Below, one piece after another: positions 44,155 through 54,100 of a DNA stretch of 64,000 bases. The notes below the pieces were generated by a model, which did no database searches, was not told where the DNA came from, and saw only the letters and a list, made by a program, of their open reading frames with translations. The stretch is from Antedon mediterranea (Eukaryota; Animalia; Echinodermata): NCBI RefSeq assembly GCF_964355755.1, contig NC_092672.1:18737237-18801236 (forward strand), given 5' to 3'. Made by a program: the position numbers and the translations under genes. How positions within the stretch are numbered: position 1 is the first letter of the stretch; the number at the start of each line of letters is the position of its first letter.

Positions 44155-45513
44155 ATGAATATTTTAAGGTACGTTTTTATTCTATTTCAATTATATTTTG
44201 TTAAGCGAATTGTGGCAACATCCGCAGAATTTGTTTACCATCCTCAAACTGAAACCGTAATTGAAGGTACTCCTGCTTTGAAATTGACATGCGTTTTTGA
44301 AGGAGTTGATTCTGAAAGTACGTTTTCTTGGATAAAAAATGGTGTTACATTGACCAATGATAAAGACATTTTAGAATCTAGTCCATATTTTGATCGCAAT
44401 GTATTCGTTGATTTTGGATGGTTAACTACAAATTCTATTTACTATAAACTTGAAATAAGTAATGTTTTGTATAGTGATTCCGGAGAATACGCATGCGTTG
44501 TAAATCAGAATGGATTTGAGGTAAAATCCAATACAGCTTATATAACAGTTAATCAATTACCGCATCGTACTTATCCGTTATGTGAACAAATAGGCAGCCC
44601 TGTTAAAGAAGGAAAGGAAGTGAATCTCAGATGTGAAGGTGAGGTTATAAACCCACCCATCGAATTACAATTATCAAGATCAATGGCAGGTAACCAAGCA
44701 GTTACCATATTGAATAAGCGGACAACGCCTATTATTAATTCATTTGTAGCAAATCGTGTTGATAATAATGCCATATTTAATTGTCAGCTAACAACACCAG
44801 CAAATACAAGCATTGTTAGAACATGTAGCATTGGACCACTAAATGTCTGGTATAAACCTAATGTTACAATACAACATGCAGGGATATCATTATCAGGAAG
44901 GGAAGCCATTTTTATTTGCCAATCTGATGCAAACCCACCAGTAGTAGATTTTACTTGGCAATTTGATCCGATATTAAAAATTGAGCGTTATGTTATTGAT
45001 GATATTGGGCAAGTTATGCGCATTCTAAAAATTGAAATTGAGGACAATGGATTACTTGTTAAATGCATAGCCAAAAATACTGTTGGTCAGGTGACATCTC
45101 ACGTGATTATGGAAGTGATCGGTAATAAAGAAGATGACAAACCAAAGAAAAAGGCTATTGAATCTGTGAATGAAAAACAAACAGAAAAGAAAAGTATATC
45201 TTTATCAGTTTTACTAGCTGTTGTATCTGTATTAGTTCTTGTTATTGTATTTGCTATTATTGTTCCTGTTTATTACTTCTGTATTTGCTCAAAGAAAGAG
45301 GAAACTGTTGTTATTGCTCAACCGGAAGTATACTTTGAACCTCAGGATCGTCTGACATTACCATTGCCAAATAAAAGAAACTCTGTGTTGTGGAGACGTT
45401 CATTTGGAGCTCAAGTTCCTACAGACAGAGATGTTGATGCCATGTATTTGGAGATACAGAGTGAGCATTACATCTTCACACCAGATAGCAGAGGAAATAC
45501 TCTGCCTTATTGA
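44155..45513 (+). CDS. R8: 3-Ig membrane receptor, subfamily F
   Basis: 452-aa ORF, closest to R6. Confidence 0.93.
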   Translation: MNILRYVFILFQLYFVKRIVATSAEFVYHPQTETVIEGTPALKLTCVFEGVDSESTFSWIKNGVTLTNDKDILESSPYFDRNVFVDFGWLTTNSIYYKLEISNVLYSDSGEYACVVNQNGFEVKSNTAYITVNQLPHRTYPLCEQIGSPVKEGKEVNLRCEGEVINPPIELQLSRSMAGNQAVTILNKRTTPIINSFVANRVDNNAIFNCQLTTPANTSIVRTCSIGPLNVWYKPNVTIQHAGISLSGREAIFICQSDANPPVVDFTWQFDPILKIERYVIDDIGQVMRILKIEIEDNGLLVKCIAKNTVGQVTSHVIMEVIGNKEDDKPKKKAIESVNEKQTEKKSISLSVLLAVVSVLVLVIVFAIIVPVYYFCICSKKEETVVIAQPEVYFEPQDRLTLPLPNKRNSVLWRRSFGAQVPTDRDVDAMYLEIQSEHYIFTPDSRGNTLPY

Positions 45514-46112
45514 CTGATAATTAAGTTTCATCAGGGAAGAGTGAAATTAATGTTACATTCATTCTTTCATTGATCTTTTTATTTCTTATATACCATAACA
45601 AATCATCGTAAGAAATGCATAGCAAATAAAAAAAAAAAAAAAATTTAACCAAGAAAAAAATAGAAATAGATGTACAATTATAAAGGAATAGTCAATGTAA
45701 GAAAGTATTCCATTGTTTATGCATTATTGAGACATTAAGAAGGTGATTTCTAATAGTCTTGATCTTAGTGAATCGTCTTAGTAATAATAGTAATTGTAGA
45801 AGATTTAAGATTGTGAGATAGGTCTGGTATCGCCATACTTATTGCAATAGATAAGGGTTTATTAAGTAACAATGCTTTTAATCCTAGTATCCGGAATTTA
45901 AGGAGTAACATTATATTTTATTTTAGTAGCCGTCGATCATGTGTATTGCAGAAAAGGCGGTGCTTATAATTATGTAATTAATATGTAGTGAACCATGAAA
46001 CGTGTAACTAAATATTTCTCGGCTTAGTACATTATAGTAACATACGTATTCAATTTGTTATCACTATAACCCTTCTGGGAAAGTAATACATGTATGTAAG
46101 TTACTGTACAAA

Positions 46113-47465
46113 ATGAATATTTTAAGGTACGTTTTTATTCTTTTTCAATTTTATTTTGTTAATCGAATTGTGGCAACATCCACAGAATTCATTTATCATC
46201 CTCGAGCTGAAACTGCAATTGAGGGAACTGTTGTGAAATTGACATGCGGTGTTGAAGGAGTTGATTCTGAAAGTACGTTTTCTTGGATAAAAAATGGTGT
46301 TACATTGACCAATGGTAAAGACATTTTAGAATCTAGTCCATATTTGGATCGCAATTTATTCGTCGATTTTGGATGGTTAACTACAACTTCTATTTACTAT
46401 ACCCTTGAAATAAGTAATGTTTTGCACAGTGATTCCGGAGAATACGCATGCATTGTAAATCATAATGGATTTGAGGTAAAATCTAATACAGCTTATATAA
46501 CAGTTAATCAATTACCACATCGTACTTATCCGTTATGTGAACAAATAGGCAGCCCTGTTAAAGAAGGAAAGCAAGTGAATCTGAGATGTGAAGGTGAGGT
46601 TATAAACCCACCCATCGAATTAAAATTATCAAGATCAATGCCAGGTAACCAAGCAGTTACCATATTGAATAAGCGGACAACGCCTATTATTAATTCATTT
46701 GTAGCAAATCGTGTTGATAATAATGCTATATTTAATTGTCAGCTAACAACACCAGCGAATACAAGTATCGTTAGAACATGTAGTATTGGACCACTAAATG
46801 TTTGGTATAAACCTAATGTTACAATACAACATGCAGGGATATCATTATCAGGAAGGGAAGCCATTTTTATTTGTCAAGCAGATGCAAACCCACCAGTAGA
46901 CTTTACGTGGCAATTTGATCCGATATTAAACATTGAGCGTTATGTTATTGATGATATTGGGCAAGTTATGCGCATTCTAAATGTTGACATTGATGACAAT
47001 GGATTACTTGTTAAATGCATAGCCAAAAATACTGTTGGTCAGGTGACATCTCACGTGATCATGGAAGTGATCGGTAATAAAGAAGACGACAAACCAAAGA
47101 CAAACGCTATTGAATCTGTGAATGAAAAACAAGCAGAAAAGAAAAGTATATCTTTATCAGTTTTACTAGCTGTTGTATCTGTATTAGTTCTTGTTATTGT
47201 ATTTGCTATTATTGTTCCTGTTTATTACTTTTGTATTTGCTCAAAGAAAGAGGAAACTGTTGTTATTGCTCAACCGGAAGTATACTTTGAACCTCAAGAT
47301 CGTCTGACATTACCATTGCCAAATAAAAGAAACTCTGTGTTGTGGAGACGTTCATTTGGAGCTCAAGTTCCTACAGACAGAGATGTTGATGCCATGTATT
47401 TGGAGATACAGAGTGATCATTACATCTTCACACCAGATAGCAGAGGAAATACTCTGCCTTATTAA
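46113..47465 (+). CDS. R9: 3-Ig membrane receptor, subfamily F (last gene of the right array)
   Basis: 450-aa ORF with an N-terminus closest to R7. Confidence 0.93.
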   Translation: MNILRYVFILFQFYFVNRIVATSTEFIYHPRAETAIEGTVVKLTCGVEGVDSESTFSWIKNGVTLTNGKDILESSPYLDRNLFVDFGWLTTTSIYYTLEISNVLHSDSGEYACIVNHNGFEVKSNTAYITVNQLPHRTYPLCEQIGSPVKEGKQVNLRCEGEVINPPIELKLSRSMPGNQAVTILNKRTTPIINSFVANRVDNNAIFNCQLTTPANTSIVRTCSIGPLNVWYKPNVTIQHAGISLSGREAIFICQADANPPVDFTWQFDPILNIERYVIDDIGQVMRILNVDIDDNGLLVKCIAKNTVGQVTSHVIMEVIGNKEDDKPKTNAIESVNEKQAEKKSISLSVLLAVVSVLVLVIVFAIIVPVYYFCICSKKEETVVIAQPEVYFEPQDRLTLPLPNKRNSVLWRRSFGAQVPTDRDVDAMYLEIQSDHYIFTPDSRGNTLPY

Positions 47466-49370
47466 CACATATTGAGATCTAGACATTTCTTACACACTTA
47501 AATCGCATTGAACCGAATGAAGAAGAATAACATTGTTAAAAGATATCAGTGTTAACATAAACATTTAATTGAATTAGGCTAAATATTTTTTTATTATGTG
47601 AACATACTCTAATATCTGATGTCAAATATTTTTTTAGATTCTTAGTTACATAATTTTGTATGCCTAAATGTTATCTACAATAATTTCTAAAGAGAATATT
47701 AGAATAATAATTTGAAAGTCAGCATAAACATGTTTAGTTTATCTCATTCTGTGGATAAGTATTTGTAATAGTTCTTGTAAAATAATATTTATTAAGATGT
47801 ATAGTACGACCTATACTTAGGCCTATAACTAAATCATATTTCATCATTATTTTATTGAAATGTAAATATTGCTATTATAAGTGCTACATATATCGTCAAT
47901 ATAGTACAGTACCTTTATATGACCATTATTATTATTATTATTATTATTGTTATTATTATTATTATAGAAAGAACTTTTTTAAATAGTTAAAAACCATTTC
48001 TTATTCAATTTACTGTTGTCCAAAATGTATGTATGTCTCATTCGTTAACGTAAATCTATGAATAATAAATATACGGTAATAGTAACCAAGAAATTGGTCA
48101 TTATTACTGTATCCTTGTATTTAAGGTTGCGTTCTGTATAGAGAGAGTTGGTAAGATATTTTGTTTTGTGTAATGTTATGCTTTGTTTAACTATGGTTAA
48201 TCGTCTATCAACTGACAGTTTCGGTCATATATCTTGTAAGGCAAATGCAAATAATTTAAAAATTACAAGCGATGAATTATCTGCTATCGTTGGTCAACTC
48301 GCTTGCGTTGTGCTTACGTCACTGTGTTATGTCCTAGTTGTGCGTTTGTGATATAGTTCTGTTGAGTAACTTATAGTTACACTTACCAAAGTAAAAGAAC
48401 AAAAACGTAGTCTACAATGGTTATATCAGTATAGTACAATTTTACCCTGTTCTGTTATATAAACAATATTTCAAACTATGGTAAAGAAACGAAATGTTAA
48501 TGTGTAATTATTGTCTTTCATAAAATGATTACATTACACCTAATAATATAACACTACTATTTATGTATGCTTTATTATTTTGTCAACATACTGTTTATAG
48601 CTCGTTGTATTAGAATATTAATAATATAATTTTTTTAAATAAAGTAGATTATTAATATTAGGAATATATTATATATTATATTTATTTATAATTGTACGGT
48701 AACCTACCAAAGCAAACTACATTTCGGCCTATTATAGCTAATATTCTTTTTAAATTATAAAAAAATTATATAAATGTTTATACTTGTTAGTTGTATATTG
48801 AAGTTTAATAACGAAATGTTATGTACAGTAATATGAGTTTCTCTATTACATACACGTCAACTTAGTGATGTATGGAAGTGCCAGTAATCGTATGCTCATT
48901 TGTATCTATAGTAATGAAATTGATAATATATATTGTAACACAAATTCAAGAAATTTGATTTATACAGAATCTCAATCCTGTTGTCGGTCAAGAGTTTGAC
49001 AGACCAGAGGTTTTTGAGTTTATGAAAATCAACATTATGCTTTATGCGATTGCACTCATTTAAATATGTGAATAAAGTTTGCTATTTGATCACTCTTTGT
49101 AATCATTATTTGTAATTATTATTAAAACATGTATCGAATAGTCATTGTTTCTGTTGTCATAATTTATTCTTTTCTTAAATGTCCATCTAGAAGCATGTGA
49201 TTTTAAGAAGTAATCACAAGTTATTATTTTTCTTTTCTTTGCCAGTACTTTATATTGCATAATAATGCAATATAGTATCTATTACAATAATTAGATCATT
49301 TGCAATCAAAGTGACCAACTGAATTAAAATGTTCGGCTACAGGTTGATCAAACTTTATTGCTGATCTGTG

Positions 49371-49492
49371 TTTTTAGTCGCGTGGACGCGACTGTATAGT
49401 CCACTATGTCGGTCGGTCGGTCTGTCGGTCTGTCTGTCGGTCCGGTATCACTATGCGTTTTAGCACGCGACTTATGGCTGTTGGCCTTGTTT
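49371..49492 (+). mobile_element. Short Helentron/DINE-1-like non-autonomous element
   Basis: 5' hairpin AGTCGCGT-GG-ACGCGACT, (GTCG/GTCT)n microsatellite, subterminal CACGCGACT repeat, inserted in a T run; this is the typical HINE/DINE-1 layout. Confidence 0.55.
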
Positions 49493-49768
49493 AATCCTAT
49501 CTATACTCCAGGCTACTCTGATGTATTGTTAGCACATATATTAAAGTATACCCACATTTGGGCGTGTAAGGCCCGCCGCGATGGTTGGATAGATGGAAGC
49601 ATAGAGAATACTTTGTTGCTCGCCACAAATAATGTTATTGCTATATCCTTTCAATCATTTAAACAAAATAAAAACCTGAAAGTACAATATACAGATATTA
49701 AATCATTTCAGAACATCAACATTACATAGCATGTTTCGATAATTATCACCACTTGTATTAAACACTGT

Positions 49769-50188
49769 AAACCACAATCCCACCATTACATAGTATTATC
49801 AATGCCAAACCACAATCCAACCATTACATAGTATTATCAATGCCAAACCACAATCCCATCATTACATAGTATTATCAATGCCAAACCACAATCCCATCAT
49901 TACATAGTATTATCAATGCCAAACCACAATCCCATCATTACATAGTATTATCAATGCCAAACCACAATCCCATCATTACATAGTATTATCAATGCCAAAC
50001 CACAATCCCATCATTACATAGTATTATCAATGCCAAACCACAATCCCATCATTACATAGTATTATCAATGCCAAACCACAATCCCATCATTACATAGTAT
50101 TATCAATGCCAAACCACAATCCCATCATTACATAGTATTATCAATGCCAAACTACAATCCCATCATTACATAGTATTATCAATGCCAA
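49769..50188. repeat. 38-bp minisatellite, 11 copies
   Basis: Unit aaaccacaatcccatcattacatagtattatcaatgcc, with near-identical contiguous copies. Confidence 0.95.
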
Positions 50189-50561
50189 TATTGTAAACTA
50201 TTTATAAATAATACTACAATATAGCTTAACAGCGTAAGATCATTAAATTGAAGATTATCGGCACTATTTTAAATTCAACATCAAGGTTGAATAGTTTAAA
50301 TATCTATTACAACATAAGCAATCTTAAAATAAAACAAAAACGTTTATATCTTCTCCCGACGCGCCCATACTACAACAATTATACGATACGATACGATAAC
50401 TAGAGAGACTCATGGTATTCAAATTATATTTAGTCGAGTCAAACTGTTTCATTACCTCAACAAAATGTTTTTTGTTGTATTACAGTAAAATATGGTCTCA
50501 AAAGGTTGAGAACAAAATCGCGAGCGGGATTGACATCCGCCGCCAATAGTTTGACTTTTCG

Positions 50562-50724
50562 ATTCAATTCAAACATTTCATTCAAAACATTTCATTCAAA
50601 ACATTTAGTTCAAAACATTTCATTCAAAACATTTCATTCAAAACAATTTATTCAAAACATTCAATTCAAAACATTTCATTCAAAACATTCAATTCAAAGC
50701 ATTCAATTCAAAACATTTCATTCA
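50562..50724. repeat. Tandem repeat of about 14 bp (attcaaaacatttc), possibly inside a Helitron-like element
   Basis: About 11 degenerate copies are visible. Confidence 0.85.
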
Positions 50725-52991
50725 TATTATATCGCGCCATTCAATTCATATCGATGCATTTCATTCACATATCGCGTCATAAAATCATCGAAATGTTGCG
50801 TAAACGGCGTTTCATACACTTAAATAGATAACTTAAACTAACATGAGTATACATATATCATGGAGGTATAAATACCTCCATGCATATAATAGTAAATGTG
50901 GGTGGATGGAGGTCCCAGTAAATTCACTGAACTTTAAGTCGTGACCCCCGTATTTATTAAGATTATCGTGGTCGTCAATGTAATGCTCAATTTCGTTTCT
51001 AGTTTGAATAGTGTTTATCAGTTTGTACAATTAAATAATATTAAAATGGTTTCACAATTCGTTACATGATATAAAGAGTTATAATTGTTTTATTATCTTG
51101 AAATTTTGCCCAAATGATTTTCAATCTTTGTAACTTAGTGCACGTTTTTAAATGATTACTTATTATGTATTATTTTATTCTTGGGAATTGATTGTTTTAT
51201 TTAAGGACTATGTTTATTGCCAAATTTTAACCTTAATAATTGTTATCGTAAGTTTTTGATTATTGCAATTTTAGGATTTATCCTTTTAGGGTACGGCACT
51301 CTGGTTTTTCTTATTATTCATCTCTAATATTCATTCCATATCTGATAATCTAGAAATTAAATTGCAAATTTAAAAATGCAGTAGATGACTATTGAAAGTC
51401 TAACACCCATGCTACGTGTGCGTGGAAGTGGTGAGCCGGTTACATAATATGTCGCTAGCTTCTTTTATGTATAGCGCAAAGCGCATCATGAATCGCGGCT
51501 TATTTGATGTATTTCCTCCCTCCCCACCCCTAAATCAGAGTGGTGGAAGTCGCGCTTATCTGGGAGGGGTGACTACAAACTAGTTTATAAGGGGTAACAC
51601 AGATTGTTATTTATTTATGTTTACACCCCATGTGCCATAACATATTTCAATATATTTATTAATGTAAATGCTCACAGTTTCTCCGAATAGTAATAAATCA
51701 CCAGCATATAACAGATGATTTATAAAGCAGTTTCCAAATTGTATTTTTGTTGGTATCTTCATTTTGATTCAGCTCGTAGCTTAGATCATTCACAAATAAA
51801 TTAGAGGCAATGGCAGAGGTGACCAGCACATATTAGTATTCATTAGAATAAAATACAGCACATATATGAATTATTTATTATTATTATTATTATTATTAGT
51901 GTTAGTATGTCGCTAATAGTGGATTAAGGGGAAAATGCGTGGTAAAAAACATGGCCTTAAGGGGAAATTGTACTTAAGGGGAAATATAACTTTCCCCTTA
52001 ACGTTTGCAGTGTCAATACTGGCCAAATTCGGACAGTTTGTTACTAGAAACTCAGAAATTTGGCAGATTTGATTAAAATCTCCTAAATAAATGATAATTC
52101 AGGTGTGTTTAATTCCTATATGAATTTTTATGTATAAAAGAAAATTTTTTTGTTATATGTTGTTTTCGAAAAAACACGACCTTAAGGAGAATACGCATTT
52201 CATCCAAATTCTAACAAAATTGGGATTATATCTTCATTATCTCCTTGCCAAAACAATTCACATATTATATTCTACCGCTGTTATGAATTTCATATTAATT
52301 GGTGCATTTTTCTTGATTTTCCAAAAAAACCGACCTTGATTTTGCCCGTTTAAAGTCCAAAATTGCTTTTCGTGATTTTCACAAAAATTATTTTTGACGC
52401 AAGCGCACTTCTTCTCGAAACGAAGGAACGTCGCCCGCCATATTGAAATAGCGAGCGGTAGAATTTGTGTGTATAATGCCTGGTATAGGCCTACTCATGA
52501 CCTGATTGACAAGCGGCGACTAGAATTATTACATTAGGCCTACTCCATGATCAAAGTAAGTATGCCTAGCCCATTATGGGTTTTAGAGTTTGTATTGGTA
52601 AGTTTTTTTATCACAAGAAGAAAGTGTAAGGCGGCAAGGACTAGCTACTACTGACAACTGCTACTACTAGCCTAGCCTAGCCTAGAAGTATTATTAGGCC
52701 TAGCCTAGCCTAGCCAAGGCTACTACCGAACCTTTTATAGACTAGGCCTAGGCGGCTACCTGGCCTAGGTTGGCCAGGCCTTGTCTTTTGAAAATTGTAG
52801 GTGTGCTACAAATTGCACTCCTGAATACATTTTTCAGGGGTGCTGCGTGTGTGACGTTTGTATTTTGGTGTGTACTGTGTGTAGGCCTAGGCCTAGAAGT
52901 TTACCAAATTTATTATTTAACTGTGTTGTAAATCATCGCCTCCCGGCAGTTTAGCCTAGCTAGGCTAAGGCTAGATAGTAGGGCCTAGATG

Positions 52992-53911
52992 GGGTAGTAA
53001 CAAAGTGCGAGGCACGCGAGGCAGGGAAGGCATGCGAGGCAAGTCAGAAATTTATGCGAGGCATCGTTTTACCATCATCAAAAAATGCGAGGCATCATTT
53101 TATCATTTCTCAAAATTGCAAGGCAGGAAATCACCGAAATTGAAGTAGTTTCTAGGCCTAGGCCCGCTAAGCTAGTTTCCTTTTGCACCTGCCTTGTATT
53201 TTAACCAACTTTATCCTGAATACCACAGCTTAGAATTAGTAGGCCTACTTTATTGAAGAAAAATCACATAAAAGTAACAATAAATCCATTAAATTGGTGA
53301 TTTTACAGACGTTGTTTTTCTCGCATTTCGCACACTCAATGTTCAATATTTTGGTTTCTATGGAACGCCAAAAGAGCAAAATTAATTAGAGGGCTAAAAA
53401 CTCTGTGGAATCCATTTATATTTAACGCATTATTTGGTGAAAATCAAGTACAATTTCAATAGATTTTGTCACTGTCAGTAAGGAAAAATGTTACTGTTGA
53501 TAATGTACACGGTTTCGTTAACCTTTTAAAGAATAAAATAGAAAAATTCATCATAATATCCTTAGTAGGATGTCCTAGGTCTAGACTAGGTAGTGATGTT
53601 GATTTAGGATCGATTATTATTCTTTGAAAACAGAACAGTATCAGCAGTAACATATTACAACATTTTTATTGACAAATTAACAAATATATTGAAATAAAAC
53701 GTGTTTTTCACCAATAAATGCATGAGAAATTGACGCATTCCACTGAGTTTTAGTCCTCTATTATCGTTGCTCTTTTGGCGCTCCATAGAAACAAAAATAT
53801 TGAACATTGAATAAGTGAAATTCGCGAACAGTGTGTGAGAAACACGCCTGTAAAATCATTAATTTAAGGATTTATTTGCTTGCCTCGCTGCCTCGCACTT
53901 TGTCAACACTC
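52992..53911 (-). mobile_element. Internally deleted Mutator-like (MULE) non-autonomous element, inverted copy
   Basis: Ends GGGTAGTAACAAAGTGCGAGGCA and TGCCTCGCACTTTGTCAACACTC. Flanks gcctagatg / gccta(ctgta)gatg are a 9-bp TSD interrupted by 5 bp. Confidence 0.8.
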
Positions 53912-54100
53912 GCCTACTGTAGATGCCTAGCCTACCTAGGCCTAGGCCTATACGTACGGTAGGCTAGTAGGGAAGTGATTGCACTCGCTCGCCTCGTTCA
54001 CGGACGAATTTCGATCGGGCCTAGTAGGCCTAGCCTAGGCCTAGTAGGCCTAGGCCTAGACCATCAGCTCCACGGACGATCAGGTTTAACCGTTCTAACT

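Noticed and set aside
1-47465. V(D)J-like somatic rearrangement of the V domains
   Set aside because: Each unit is a complete ORF with its own signal peptide, TM, stop and upstream element; I saw no RSS heptamer/nonamer pattern and no separate constant segment.
49769-50188. 38-bp repeats resembling a CRISPR repeat length
   Set aside because: Units are contiguous with no unique spacers, there are no cas genes and the context is eukaryotic; this is a minisatellite.
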